Program-made: the position numbers and the translations under genes
In this document: one piece after another, positions 19,333 through 29,397 of the stretch
Layout of the letters: every line of letters starts with the position of its first letter
Numbering within the stretch: position 1 is the first letter of the stretch
The notes under the pieces: model-generated
What the model saw: only the letters and a program-made list of their open reading frames with translations
Told to the model about the DNA's origin: nothing
Databases searched by the model: none
Assembly (NCBI GenBank): GCA_948616425.1
Contig: CAPGBJ010000053.1
Coordinates: 33-64,032 of the forward strand
Source of the DNA: an uncultured Oscillospiraceae bacterium
GTDB lineage: Bacteria > Bacillota > Clostridia > Oscillospirales > Oscillospiraceae
DNA: 64,000 nt
Direction of reading: 5' to 3'

Positions 19333-19361
19333 ATTATAACATAGGGATGTCCCGATGTAAA
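19333..19361 (-). promoter_or_regulatory. Putative promoter of the kinase/HD-GYP/Hpt operon
   Basis: TTTACA, 17 bp, TG-n-TATAAT on the minus strand. Confidence 0.6.
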
Positions 19362-19407
19362 GATATCCTTGGAGTTACAGGCTGAAAATAAACCCGCTGT
19401 CAAAGAC

Positions 19408-19436
19408 TTGTCAAGCGGAGAAAAAGGCATTATAAT
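19408..19436 (+). promoter_or_regulatory. asnS promoter
   Basis: TTGTCA, 17 bp, TATAAT. Confidence 0.7.
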
Positions 19437-19508
19437 ATTACCTGCTACCGGCTTGTGTCCAAAATTTGGGACAGCCAGCGATTTTTCACGATATTGGAGA
19501 GGATTTAA

Positions 19509-20903
19509 ATGGAACGCACCACCATCGCCGCCATTTTTGCCGACCAGGAGGGCCTGGACGGGCAGGCCGTCACCGTTATGGGATGGGCCCGTACCATCCG
19601 GGATATGAAGACCTTTGGGTTTATTGAACTCAACGACGGCTCTTGCTTCAAGAACCTCCAGGTGGTCATGGACGCCAATGTTCTGGACAACTACAAAGAG
19701 GTTGCCGGCCAGAATGTGGGGACCGCGCTCATTGTCAAGGGGCATGTGGTGCTCACCCCGGAGGCCAAGCAGCCCCTGGAGGTGAAGGCCGCATCCATTG
19801 AAGTGGAAGGCCCCTCCGCCCCGGATTACCCCCTTCAGAAGAAGCGCCACGGAGTGGAGTTTCTGCGCACCATCCAGCACCTGCGGCCCCGGACCAACCT
19901 GTTCTCCGCCGCCTTCCGGGTGCGCTCGGTGGCCGCCCACGCCGTCCACTGCTTCTTCCAGGAGCGGGGCTTCGTCTATATTAACACCCCCATTGTCACC
20001 GGCAGCGACGCCGAGGGAGCGGGCGAGATGTTTCAGGTGACCACCCTGGACCTCAACGACCTGCCCCGCACCCAGGACGGTCAGGTGGACTACTCCAAGG
20101 ACTTCTTCGGCAAGAAGACCAGCCTCACCGTCTCCGGCCAGCTCAACGCCGAGAACTTCGCCCTGGCCTTCGGCAATGTGTACACCTTTGGCCCCACTTT
20201 CCGGGCGGAGAACTCCAACACCCAGCGCCACGCCGCCGAATTCTGGATGATCGAACCGGAGATGGCCTTTGCCGACCTGAATGACTATATGGACACTGCC
20301 GAGGCCATGATTAAATATATCATCACCACGGTGCTGGAAAAATGTCCTGATGAGATCGCCTTTTTCAACTCCTTTGTAGACAAGGGGCTGAAGCAGCGGC
20401 TGGAGCACGTGGCCTCCTCCGACTTCGGTCGGGTGAGCTACACCGAGGCGGTGGAGATTTTAAAGAAGAACAACGACAAATTTGACTTCAAGGTAGAGTG
20501 GGGTGCCGACCTCCAGACCGAGCACGAGCGTTACCTCACCGAACAGGTATTCCAGCGCCCCGTCTTTGTCACCGACTATCCGAAGGAGATCAAAGCTTTT
20601 TATATGCGCCTCAACGACGACGGCAGAACTGTGGCCGCCGCTGACTGCCTGGTGCCCGGCATCGGGGAGATCATCGGCGGAAGTCAGCGTGAAGAGCGGC
20701 TAGAGCTGCTGGAGGGACGCGTTAAGGAATTGGGCATGGACCCCCAGGACTACTGGTGGTACTGCGACCTGCGGCGCTACGGCTCCTGCCGCCACGCCGG
20801 CTACGGCCTGGGCTTTGAGCGGATGGTGATGTACCTCACCGGCATCAACAACATCCGCGACACCCTGCCCCACCCCCGCACGGTGGGCAACGCGGAATTC
20901 TGA
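19509..20903 (+). CDS. asnS: Asparagine--tRNA ligase
   Basis: [52 protein letters not shown]. Confidence 0.98.
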   Translation: MERTTIAAIFADQEGLDGQAVTVMGWARTIRDMKTFGFIELNDGSCFKNLQVVMDANVLDNYKEVAGQNVGTALIVKGHVVLTPEAKQPLEVKAASIEVEGPSAPDYPLQKKRHGVEFLRTIQHLRPRTNLFSAAFRVRSVAAHAVHCFFQERGFVYINTPIVTGSDAEGAGEMFQVTTLDLNDLPRTQDGQVDYSKDFFGKKTSLTVSGQLNAENFALAFGNVYTFGPTFRAENSNTQRHAAEFWMIEPEMAFADLNDYMDTAEAMIKYIITTVLEKCPDEIAFFNSFVDKGLKQRLEHVASSDFGRVSYTEAVEILKKNNDKFDFKVEWGADLQTEHERYLTEQVFQRPVFVTDYPKEIKAFYMRLNDDGRTVAAADCLVPGIGEIIGGSQREERLELLEGRVKELGMDPQDYWWYCDLRRYGSCRHAGYGLGFERMVMYLTGINNIRDTLPHPRTVGNAEF

Positions 20904-21151
20904 TGAAGTCCGAATTGCAGAACATTCCCGGCGTGGGTCCCAGCATGGCCAGGTATCTGGAGGCTGTGGGCTGTCCCACTCTGGATCATCTGAGGGGACA
21001 GGACCCGGAGGAACTCTACCGAAAGAGCTGCCTGGTTCAGGGCGGTCCGGTGGACCGGTGTGTGCTCTACGTCTACCGCATGGCGGTCCACTTCGCGGAG
21101 CATGGCCAGTGTCCGCCGGACAGGCGGAACTGGTGGGACTGGAAGGACTGA
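20903..21151 (+). CDS. Small helix-hairpin-helix protein (Cdd1/TfoX-C-like)
   Basis: LQNIPGVGPSMA HhH motif, DRCVLYVYR, C-terminal WWDWKD; TGATG overlap with asnS. Confidence 0.8.
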   Translation: MKSELQNIPGVGPSMARYLEAVGCPTLDHLRGQDPEELYRKSCLVQGGPVDRCVLYVYRMAVHFAEHGQCPPDRRNWWDWKD

Positions 21152-21184
21152 GAGGAGCGGACGCCGCGGCGTCCGCTCCCTTCT

Positions 21185-22117
21185 TTATTGGACAAGATTG
21201 ACCAGCTTTTCCCCGGCCAGGTAGCGGCGCAGATTCTCCTGGGCCATCTCCACACATCTCCGGCGGGTGAGCTCTAGCCGCATCCCTCCGGCCACATGGG
21301 GGGTGAGAAGGAGGTTGGGCAGGTCCCATAGGGGGCTGTCGGGGGGGAGCGGCTCCGGACTGGTGACATCCAGGGCGGCTCCCCACAGCTTTCCCCCGCC
21401 CATGGCCGCAGCCAGGGCCTCCTGATTCAGGACGGAACCTCGGCCGGCGCTGATCAATATGGCGTCATCCTTCATCAGGGCGATCCGTCTGCCGTCCATC
21501 AGCCCTGCCGTCTGGGGGGAGTGGGGCAGCGCCAGGGCCACCACGTCGGCTTGAGGCAGGAGGGCGTCCAGCTCGTCCATGGGGCGGAGCTGGTCAAAGC
21601 CCTCCGCCGAGCCGGACACGGTCCGCTTCAGCCCTATGGTCCTGGCTCCCAGGCCCTGGCACAGCTTGGCGAAGTCGCCCCCCACATGGCCCGCCCCCAC
21701 CACCAGAACGGTGCCCCCGAAGATGGTCTTCATAGGCCCCTCGTCCTTCCAGCGGTGGCTGCGCTGGCTGTCCAGATAGGCGGGCAGGCGGCGACACACG
21801 GCCATCAGGCCGGTAAGCATATGTTCCGCCACACTGCGGCTGTTGGAGCCGCTGGAGGAGGTGAACAGCACCCCCTCGGGCAACTTTCCCGCGTACTCGT
21901 CGGTGCCCGCCCACATGGTCTGAAACCACTTCAGCTTAACGGCCCCCCGCATGGTCTCCGGCCTGGGCCAGCCGAAGATGACGGTGGCGGCGGCCAGCTG
22001 CTCCGGAGTGACGGTGCTGCTCCGGGCGTAGATGTGGAGGGCGTCGGGGGCGATGGCCTCAAACTCCTCCCGCTCCCCCTCCTTGAGAGGGAGAAGGTTC
22101 AAGATGCATTCAGACAT
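21185..22117 (-). CDS. D-2-hydroxyacid dehydrogenase
   Basis: VVGAGHVG, ISAGRG, AALDVTSPEPLP, TPHVAG. Confidence 0.92.
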   Translation of the reverse strand: MSECILNLLPLKEGEREEFEAIAPDALHIYARSSTVTPEQLAAATVIFGWPRPETMRGAVKLKWFQTMWAGTDEYAGKLPEGVLFTSSSGSNSRSVAEHMLTGLMAVCRRLPAYLDSQRSHRWKDEGPMKTIFGGTVLVVGAGHVGGDFAKLCQGLGARTIGLKRTVSGSAEGFDQLRPMDELDALLPQADVVALALPHSPQTAGLMDGRRIALMKDDAILISAGRGSVLNQEALAAAMGGGKLWGAALDVTSPEPLPPDSPLWDLPNLLLTPHVAGGMRLELTRRRCVEMAQENLRRYLAGEKLVNLVQ

Positions 22118-22270
22118 GGGGTGCTCCTTTCAAACTTCGGGCGTATCTTGCGTGTCTGCTTCTCCATTATACCGGACGGTATTCTCTGTGGCAAGTCCTA
22201 TTCTTCGCCTTTACTCCCCGGTCAAGCTGTGGTAAGATAAAAAGAAATGCGGCGAAAGGAGGCTCGCCCC

Positions 22271-24361
22271 ATGGAGGTCACCCGAAATACCCCGCTGACC
22301 GACTTCCCCGGCGTGGGGGAGGCCCGTGCCAAAAAGCTGGAGCGGCTGGGCCTGACCGCAGCCGGGGACCTGCTGAGCTGGTATCCCCGGGACTACGAGG
22401 ACCGGCGGAAGGTGTATGAGATTCAAAACGCCCCCCTGGAGGGGCGGGTGTGTGTCTCCGCCATGGCCGCGGAGCACCCCAGGCTGTCCCGTGTCCGGAA
22501 AGGGCTGGAGCTGGTCCAGGTGAAGGTGGTGGACCACACAGCCGCCCTTCACCTCACCTTCTTCAATCAAGGCTATGTAGAGCGGGCCATACGGGCCGGA
22601 GAGGAGTATATCTTCTACGGCTCGGTAGAGGTCCGGGGCCGCCGGAGGACAATGGTTAACCCGATTTTTGAACGGATTGACAAGCAGTCCTTCACCGGCT
22701 GTATTATGCCCGTCTACCGGCTGACGGCGGGTATCTCCAACCATCTGCTGGCCTCCCTCACTCGGCAGGCTCTGCCCTGTGCCGAGGGCATGGCCGAGAC
22801 GCTGCCCCAGTATATCCGCCAGGAACACAGCCTGGCGGCGGCAGAGTTCTCCCTAAAAAACATCCACTTTCCCGAGGATGAGAAGGCCCTGGACTTGGCC
22901 CGGCGCCGGCTGGCCTTTGAGGAGCTGTTCTATCTGGCGGTGGGCCTCAGTTTTTTAAAGAGCCGCCGGGACAAGGTGGGCGAGGGGGTCTGTCTTCCCC
23001 CCCGATCTAAGAGGGAATTTCTGTCTCTGCTTCCCTTCCCCCCCACGCAGGCCCAAAGCCGGGTGATGGACGAGGTAGCCGCCGATATGGCCTCCGGCCG
23101 GCCTATGAACCGGCTGGTCCAGGGTGATGTGGGCTCGGGCAAGACAGCCGTGGCCGCCTTCGCCGGCTGGCTGTGCGCCAGAGGAGATTGCCAGGCCGCC
23201 CTGATGGCGCCCACCGAGGTGTTGGCAGAGCAGCATTTCAAGTCCCTGTCCGCTCTGCTCGCTCCAGCCGGAGTGCGGGTAGGTCTGCTCACTGGCTCCA
23301 TGACGGCGGCGGAGAAAAAAAAGATCCGCGCGGCCCTGGAGTCGGGGGAGATCGGCTTTGTGGTGGGCACCCACGCCCTCATCTCTGAGGGGGTGGCCTT
23401 CCGCAGACTGGCCCTCATCGTGGCCGACGAACAGCACCGCTTCGGGGTGGCACAGCGGGCCGCCCTGGCCGCCAAAGGCGGAGAGGGCAGCTCCCCCCAC
23501 GTGCTGGTCATGTCGGCCACCCCCATCCCCCGGACCCTGGCCCTGATCATCTACGGCGACCTGGATGTGTCGGTCATCGACCAGCTTCCCCCGGGCCGCA
23601 CCCCCATCGCCACCTATGTGGTCCGGGAGGACAAGCGTCAGCGAATGTACGGCTTTGTCCGCAGGCAGGTGGCCGAGGGGCGGCAGGTGTATATTATCTG
23701 CCCCGCTGTGGAGGAGAACCCGGACGCCGCCCTGCCCGGAGAGGAGAGTCCCGCCCTGAATCTGAAGGCGGTCAAGACCTATGCAGAGACGCTCCAGCGG
23801 GAGGTCTTCCCCGATCTGCGGGTAGATATCCTCCATGGAAAGATGAAGCCGAAAGAGAAGGAGGCGGCCATGTCCGCCTTTGCCAGAGGGGAGACCCAAG
23901 TGCTGGTGGCCACCACGGTGGTAGAGGTTGGGGTGGACGTGCCCAATGCCTCCCTCATCATCATCGAGAACGCCGACCGCTTCGGTCTCAGCCAGCTCCA
24001 CCAGCTCCGGGGCCGGGTGGGGCGAGGGGCGCACCCCTCCCACTGCGTTCTCATTACGGGCACTCGCAGTCTGGAGGCCATGGAGCGGCTGCGCACCCTG
24101 GCCTCCACCACCGACGGCTTCAAAATTTCTGAGGAGGACCTGAAGGCCCGGGGGCCGGGGGACTTCTTTGGCAACCGGCAGCACGGCCTGCCCCAGATGA
24201 GGCTGGCCGACCTGACCGGGGATATGCGCCTGCTCAGCGAGGCCCAGGAGGCCGCAAAAGGGCTGCTGTCCCGGGACCCACAACTTGCCCAGCCCGAGAA
24301 CCGGCCTGTGTGGGAGCGGGTGCGCCAGCTCTTCTCCGACACGCCGGATATCTTTAATTAG
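22271..24361 (+). CDS. recG: ATP-dependent DNA helicase RecG
   Basis: RLVQGDVGSGKT, DEQHRFG, MSATPIPRT, QLHQLRGRVGRG, RGPGDFFG; ATG 22271 follows AGGAGG. Confidence 0.97.
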   Translation: MEVTRNTPLTDFPGVGEARAKKLERLGLTAAGDLLSWYPRDYEDRRKVYEIQNAPLEGRVCVSAMAAEHPRLSRVRKGLELVQVKVVDHTAALHLTFFNQGYVERAIRAGEEYIFYGSVEVRGRRRTMVNPIFERIDKQSFTGCIMPVYRLTAGISNHLLASLTRQALPCAEGMAETLPQYIRQEHSLAAAEFSLKNIHFPEDEKALDLARRRLAFEELFYLAVGLSFLKSRRDKVGEGVCLPPRSKREFLSLLPFPPTQAQSRVMDEVAADMASGRPMNRLVQGDVGSGKTAVAAFAGWLCARGDCQAALMAPTEVLAEQHFKSLSALLAPAGVRVGLLTGSMTAAEKKKIRAALESGEIGFVVGTHALISEGVAFRRLALIVADEQHRFGVAQRAALAAKGGEGSSPHVLVMSATPIPRTLALIIYGDLDVSVIDQLPPGRTPIATYVVREDKRQRMYGFVRRQVAEGRQVYIICPAVEENPDAALPGEESPALNLKAVKTYAETLQREVFPDLRVDILHGKMKPKEKEAAMSAFARGETQVLVATTVVEVGVDVPNASLIIIENADRFGLSQLHQLRGRVGRGAHPSHCVLITGTRSLEAMERLRTLASTTDGFKISEEDLKARGPGDFFGNRQHGLPQMRLADLTGDMRLLSEAQEAAKGLLSRDPQLAQPENRPVWERVRQLFSDTPDIFN

Positions 24362-24372
24362 GAGTGAATTTT

Positions 24373-24825
24373 ATGCTGACCTTTCCTGACCTGACAGCGG
24401 AGGACCACGACCTGGTGGTTCCCATGGTGCTGGACTTCTACCACAGCGACGCGGTGGACCACCCGGTGGACTCGGCCATCCTGGAGCAGTCCTTTCAAGA
24501 TGCCGCCGACCCCGCCGAACCTCTGCTGCGGGGACTGCTGATCCAATGGGATGGGGAGAGCGCCGGCTATCTGTATGTCACGCAGTGCTACTCCGCCGAA
24601 GTGGGGGGCAGGTGTGTCTTTATTGAGGAGATCTACCTAAGACCAGAATTTCGGGGGCGGGGGCTGGGCGCTGAAATCATGGCCTGGCTGGAGCGGAGCT
24701 ATCCCGCGGCCCGCCGCTTTCGGCTGGAGGTCACCCGGGCCAATCAGGGGGCGGTCCGGCTGTATGAGAGGGCCGGCTATACGTTTTTACACTATGACCA
24801 AATGGTGTTGGACAAAATCAAATGA
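24373..24825 (+). CDS. GNAT family N-acetyltransferase
   Basis: EEIYLRPEFRGRGLG acetyl-CoA motif, NQGAVRLYERAGY; start could be GTG 24364. Confidence 0.88.
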   Translation: MLTFPDLTAEDHDLVVPMVLDFYHSDAVDHPVDSAILEQSFQDAADPAEPLLRGLLIQWDGESAGYLYVTQCYSAEVGGRCVFIEEIYLRPEFRGRGLGAEIMAWLERSYPAARRFRLEVTRANQGAVRLYERAGYTFLHYDQMVLDKIK

Positions 24826-24843
24826 GAGAGGAGAAATTTAGAC

Positions 24844-25212
24844 ATGACTCATCTAGAAAAGGCCCGGGAACTCCGGGCGCGTACCGACGTACATTTTAAC
24901 TGCTGCCAGTCCGTTCTGGTCCCATTTGCCCAGGATATGGGCCTGACCGAACAGCAGGCCTACGACCTGGGGGCCCATTTCGGCGCCGGGATGCGGTGCG
25001 GCTCCGTCTGCGGCACCCTCACCGGAGCCCTGATGGTGCTGGGTATGACGGGCTATGACGACGAGCAGTCCGCCGCCTTTCTGCGCAAGTTCCAGGAGGA
25101 CCACGGCAACATCAACTGTGCCGCCCTGCTGAAGGCGTCCCATGATCGAGGCGTCCCCCGGAAGGAGCACTGTGACGGCCTGGTGTTTGAGATTGTGCAG
25201 ATGCTGGAGTGA
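24844..25212 (+). CDS. C-GCAxxG-C-C family redox-active protein
   Basis: FNCCQSV, FGAGMRCGSVCGTLTGA, NC...C pattern. Confidence 0.85.
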   Translation: MTHLEKARELRARTDVHFNCCQSVLVPFAQDMGLTEQQAYDLGAHFGAGMRCGSVCGTLTGALMVLGMTGYDDEQSAAFLRKFQEDHGNINCAALLKASHDRGVPRKEHCDGLVFEIVQMLE

Positions 25213-25289
25213 GAACAGAAATTGGGGCTTCTGCCGCTGGGATATCCGATCAGGCGGCCCAAAGGAAACGGACTTTGGAACAACGAAAA

Positions 25290-25326
25290 CCACACAGGGG
25301 CGCCCTGTAGGGCGCCCCTGTGTGGT
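25290..25326. terminator. Strong hairpin downstream of the recG operon (terminator or REP-like)
   Basis: ACCACACAGGGGCGCCC-TGT/A-GGGCGCCCCTGTGTGGT inverted repeat. Confidence 0.55.
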
Positions 25327-25602
25327 GATCTGGAAGGATGGATGAAAAAGGAATGATGGAGTCAAAGATTGAAAACTTTTTGAAGTCCCGGCAAGAGCGG
25401 CAGCCAGAGCTTCGTTAAATTTTTAACCTTTGCTCTGTGAAAAACTTTACCACTCCTCTGCCAGAAATACCATCCCCAAATCCATTATATTGATTATTGG
25501 TATTTAGTTATTATGTTTAGAAGGGACAGCCGTCGATTGCATTGAACTTTGAGACATGATATGATAAAATAGTTAAAATTACCTGTCCAGAGGAGTGTTT
25601 TT

Positions 25603-26649
25603 GTGGACGAACTGTGTCAGATACCTGTCCCTCTGCTGGTCTGGTACCGGGAGAATGCCAGAAAGCTCCCCTGGCGGAGCGATCCCACGCCATACCACGT
25701 GTGGATCTCTGAGGTCATGCTTCAGCAGACCCGGGTGGCGGCGGTGCTGGACTACTACCGCAGATTTCTGGAGGCGGCCCCCGACGTGTCCGCCCTCTCT
25801 GCGCTTCCCCAGGACCAACTGATGAAGCTGTGGCAAGGCTTGGGCTACTACAGCCGGGCCCGGAATCTCCAGACGGCGGCCAGACAGATTATGGAGTATC
25901 ACAGCGGAGTATTTCCAAATACTTATAAAGATATCCGGGCCCTGGTCGGGGTGGGGGACTACACAGCGGGGGCCATCTCCTCCATCGCCTTTGGTCTGCC
26001 TGTCCCGGCGGTGGATGGAAACGTCCTTCGCGTGGTCGCTCGGATCACTGGAGACAGTGGCGATATCACCACCCCCGCTATGAAAAAGAAGGTCACCCAG
26101 GCTCTGGCCGATGTCATCCCTCTGGAGTCCCCAGGGGATTTTAATCAGGCCTTGATGGAGTTGGGCGCCACCGTGTGCCTGCCAAACGGCGCCCCTCTGT
26201 GCCAGCGATGCCCAGTGGCCCACCTCTGTCGAGCCTTTCAGGAGGGGAGGACAGAGGAACTGCCGGTGAAGGCCGCCAAAAAGGCCCGTCGGGTAGAGGA
26301 ACGCACCGTTTACCTCCTCTTCTATGGAGACCGCGTGGCCCTGCGCCGCCGGCCGGCCCGGGGGCTGCTGGCCGGGCTGTGGGAGTATCCCAACGAGCTG
26401 GAGAACGGCACTGACTGGCCAGTACAGTGGGGCATGTCCCTCCCCGCCCTGGGGAGGGCAGGGGCCGGGAAACACATCTTTACCCACATTGAATGGCGTA
26501 TGACCGCTCTGGCTGGAGTGCTGGACAGTCCGGACCTGCCGGAGGGCTGGGTGTGGGCGAACCGGACAGACCTGCGGGACCGCTATGCCATCCCCAACGC
26601 ATTCCAAGCCTTCGAGGGAGTCGTCTCAGACCACCTGGGACATTTCTGA
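25603..26649 (+). CDS. mutY: A/G-specific adenine glycosylase
   Basis: WISEVMLQQT, WQGLGYYSRARNL, VDGNVLRV, C-x6-C-x2-C-x5-C Fe-S motif. Confidence 0.96.
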   Translation: MDELCQIPVPLLVWYRENARKLPWRSDPTPYHVWISEVMLQQTRVAAVLDYYRRFLEAAPDVSALSALPQDQLMKLWQGLGYYSRARNLQTAARQIMEYHSGVFPNTYKDIRALVGVGDYTAGAISSIAFGLPVPAVDGNVLRVVARITGDSGDITTPAMKKKVTQALADVIPLESPGDFNQALMELGATVCLPNGAPLCQRCPVAHLCRAFQEGRTEELPVKAAKKARRVEERTVYLLFYGDRVALRRRPARGLLAGLWEYPNELENGTDWPVQWGMSLPALGRAGAGKHIFTHIEWRMTALAGVLDSPDLPEGWVWANRTDLRDRYAIPNAFQAFEGVVSDHLGHF

Positions 26650-26662
26650 GAGGGGGCGCGCT

Positions 26663-27541
26663 ATGATCTGCCATCTTTGCCCCCGGAACTGCGGGGCGGA
26701 GCGCACACAGACGATGGGGGCCGGGTCCTGCCGGATGCCGGAATCTCCTGTCCTGGCCCGGGCCGCCCTCCACCACTGGGAGGAGCCCCCTGTCTCGGGC
26801 AATCAGGGCTCTGGGACAATCTTCTTCTCTGGCTGTTCCCTGGGCTGTGTGTTCTGTCAAAACGAGAAGATCAGCCATCAGGACTTTGGGCAGGCGGTCA
26901 CCCTGGACCGCCTGCGGGAGATCTGCGAGACCCTCATCGACCAGGGCGCGCACAACCTCAACTTCGTCAACCCCACCCACTACGCGCACACCCTGGCCGC
27001 CCTGCTGGAGCACTGGCGTCCCCCTATCCCTGTTGTATTCAACACAGGGGGATATGACAGAGCGGAGACCCTGCGGGGGCTGGCGGGCAAGATCGACATC
27101 TACCTCCCTGACCTGAAATATTTGGATAGCGACGCCGCCTGGCGGTACTCCGGGGCCCCCGATTACCCGGAGATTGCCCAGGCCGCCATCCGGGAGATGG
27201 TCCGCCAAACCGGCCCCTGCCGGTTTGATGATAACGGTTTGTTATTGAGCGGGACAATAATACGACATCTTATCATCCCCGGCCAGCTGAATCAAGCCAA
27301 GGCGGTGATGGACTGGGTAGCCCGGGAATTTGCGCCGGGGGCGGTGCTTTTTTCCCTTATGAGTCAGTATACCCCCTGGGGGGATCTGTCCGCCCTCCCG
27401 GAGCTGAACCGCCGTCTGCGCCCCGGTGAGATGCGGGCGGCCCGGGAGTACATGGAAAATTTAGGTCTGGACGGCTTCACCCAGGAGCGGACCTCCGCAG
27501 GGGAGGAGTACACCCCGCCCTTTGATTTGACGGGGATTTGA
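26663..27541 (+). CDS. Radical SAM protein, PflX-like (PFL-activating enzyme family)
   Basis: CHLCPRNCG, HHWEEPPVSG, FFSGCSLGCVFCQN, DIYLPDLKY. Confidence 0.88.
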   Translation: MICHLCPRNCGAERTQTMGAGSCRMPESPVLARAALHHWEEPPVSGNQGSGTIFFSGCSLGCVFCQNEKISHQDFGQAVTLDRLREICETLIDQGAHNLNFVNPTHYAHTLAALLEHWRPPIPVVFNTGGYDRAETLRGLAGKIDIYLPDLKYLDSDAAWRYSGAPDYPEIAQAAIREMVRQTGPCRFDDNGLLLSGTIIRHLIIPGQLNQAKAVMDWVAREFAPGAVLFSLMSQYTPWGDLSALPELNRRLRPGEMRAAREYMENLGLDGFTQERTSAGEEYTPPFDLTGI

Positions 27542-27584
27542 GGTACAGAAGACCGATTGCAGCCAATCGGTGAAAGAATGCTGG

Positions 27585-27627
27585 CGGCCAAAGGAGCCTG
27601 ACGCACCGCGTCAGGCTCCTTTGGCCG
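27585..27627. terminator. Hairpin between convergent genes
   Basis: Perfect 20-bp stem CGGCCAAAGGAGCCTGACGC-ACC-GCGTCAGGCTCCTTTGGCCG. Confidence 0.7.
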
Positions 27628-27674
27628 AAAAACACTTCCAGACGGCTTCCCGCCTATTTTCAGGCGGAACCGTT

Positions 27675-28157
27675 TTATTTATGGTAGGGCGCCCCCTCGC
27701 TGATCTTAAAGGCCCGGTAGATCTGCTCTAGGAGCATGACCCGGGCCAGATGGTGGGGGAAGGTCATGGGGGACATGGACAGCTGAACATTGGCCTCGGC
27801 CTTGATGGAGGGGTGGAGACCATAGCTGCCGCCTACGACAAAGACCATATGCTTGTCCCGGCTGCGCCCCGGGACGGGAAACATCTGGGGAAGCTCCTCG
27901 CTGGAGCGCATCCGGCCCTCCACGCACAGGGCGACAACCCGGGAACTGGGGGGAATTTTGGCACGGATAGCCTCCCCCTCCTTTTCCAGGGCAGCGGAGA
28001 TCTCCCCCAGGGAGGGCTTCTGAGGCAGCTTGACCTCGGGAAGTTCCATCAGGGTCAGCTTGCAGTAGGGGGATAGCCGCTTGATATACTCGGCGCAGGC
28101 GTCCTTATAAAACTTCTCCTTCAGCTTGCCTACACAGATGAGATAGACGCTCAACAT
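27675..28157 (-). CDS. rlmH: 23S rRNA (pseudouridine-1915-N3)-methyltransferase
   Basis: VGKLKEK, FVVGGSYGL, SPMTFPHHLARVMLLEQIYRA, PYHK. Confidence 0.96.
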   Translation of the reverse strand: MLSVYLICVGKLKEKFYKDACAEYIKRLSPYCKLTLMELPEVKLPQKPSLGEISAALEKEGEAIRAKIPPSSRVVALCVEGRMRSSEELPQMFPVPGRSRDKHMVFVVGGSYGLHPSIKAEANVQLSMSPMTFPHHLARVMLLEQIYRAFKISEGAPYHK

Positions 28158-28972
28158 ACCGCAGCCCCTCTGGGTTCCTTCAGACGAAAGGTGGGACCCA
28201 GGGCGTCGGCGGGAGCCACCGACAGGGAGATATCCCGCTCTGGGTCGCAGCCCATGGCCGTCAGCCGAAGGGCTGTCACGTCGTAGGCCCGGGCGGGGGT
28301 GTTGTTGGTCTGGGACAGGTGGGCCAGCACCACCGACCGGGTGCCGTTCTCCACCGCGAAGGCGGCCAGCTCTGCCCCCGCCTCGTTGGACAGGTGGCCG
28401 TAGTCCCCTAGGATACGCTGCTTTAAGTAGTAGGGGTAGGGACCGGTACGGACCCAGTCCACATCGTGGTTGGTCTCACAGACCAGGAGGTCACAGCCCC
28501 TCACCGCCTGGCGAACCGGCTCGGTGACATAGCCCAGGTCGGTACACAGCACCGCGCGCCCTCCCTCCCCGGCAATGGACCAGCCCACGCTACCCGCCGC
28601 GTCGTGGGAGGTGGGGAAGGACTCCACCCACAGTGCGCCGATCTGCACCCCCGTGCCCGCCTCCTGCTTGCGGAACAGCGCCCTTACCTCGTCGCACTGG
28701 TGCCGCTTGTACCACGCCCAGAGGGTGGGGCCGGTGGCATAGATGGGAGCTTCCGCCTTTTTGGTGAGCACACGCAGACCGGACACGTGGTCGCTGTGTT
28801 CGTGGGTGAGCAGAATGGCGGACAGCTGGCGGGGCTTGATTCCCAGGGCCGCCAGCCCGGCGGTGATCCGCTTCGCAGAGATACCCGCATCCAGCAGGAT
28901 ATGGGTGTCCCCGCAGGATGCTAGGGCGGCGTTGCCCAGCGAGCCGCTGGCAAGGGTGGTAAAGGTGAACAA
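28151..28972 (-). CDS. MBL-fold metallo-hydrolase (YycJ/WalJ-like)
   Basis: TTG start; LASGSLGN, LTHEHSDH, SHDA, GHLSN, LAHLSQTNN. Confidence 0.9.
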   Translation of the reverse strand: MFTFTTLASGSLGNAALASCGDTHILLDAGISAKRITAGLAALGIKPRQLSAILLTHEHSDHVSGLRVLTKKAEAPIYATGPTLWAWYKRHQCDEVRALFRKQEAGTGVQIGALWVESFPTSHDAAGSVGWSIAGEGGRAVLCTDLGYVTEPVRQAVRGCDLLVCETNHDVDWVRTGPYPYYLKQRILGDYGHLSNEAGAELAAFAVENGTRSVVLAHLSQTNNTPARAYDVTALRLTAMGCDPERDISLSVAPADALGPTFRLKEPRGAAVC

Positions 28973-28989
28973 AATATCGCTCCGTTTCC

Positions 28990-29397
28990 TTATGAATCTC
29001 GTCTGTCCCGCCGCCAGCCCCAGAAAAACGCCCCAACCACGAGGATAACTTCCAGGGGCAGGGCGGCGAACAGAGCCCTGCCAAATGCCTGTCCCAGCCA
29101 TGCAGCTCCGGCGCCCCCCAGCAGGCAGAACAGGGTAAAAGACGCCAGCGGAAAGGTGAGTTTTTGAAGCCGTCTGGGGGCAGGCATCAGGCAGATCCCT
29201 ATGCTGATACAATAGGCCATCAATGCAGGCAGGAGGGCAAGCAGCGCCCTCCTGGATTGACTGTCTGTTGGCATAGTGGTCTCATTTTCGTATCCGCCAA
29301 TCCCCGACAACATCCGGGGAAAGAGAAAAAAGAGGAACCCCAGTATGGCTGCGGAGCACAAAAGAAAGCCCCAAAGCCGCTTTGTCTCTGGTCTCAT
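28990..29397 (-). CDS. Hypothetical membrane protein (4 TM)
   Basis: 135 aa hydrophobic ORF, ATGA-coupled to murA. Confidence 0.65.
   Translation of the reverse strand: MRPETKRLWGFLLCSAAILGFLFFLFPRMLSGIGGYENETTMPTDSQSRRALLALLPALMAYCISIGICLMPAPRRLQKLTFPLASFTLFCLLGGAGAAWLGQAFGRALFAALPLEVILVVGAFFWGWRRDRRDS

Noticed and set aside
19200..19508. T-box riboswitch before asnS
   Set aside because: No T-box consensus (GGTGG.ACCGCG) and the promoter is only ~70 nt from the start codon
25353..25418. 21-aa ORF MMESKIENFLKSRQERQPELR in the recG-mutY intergenic region
   Set aside because: Weak, badly spaced RBS and no supporting features
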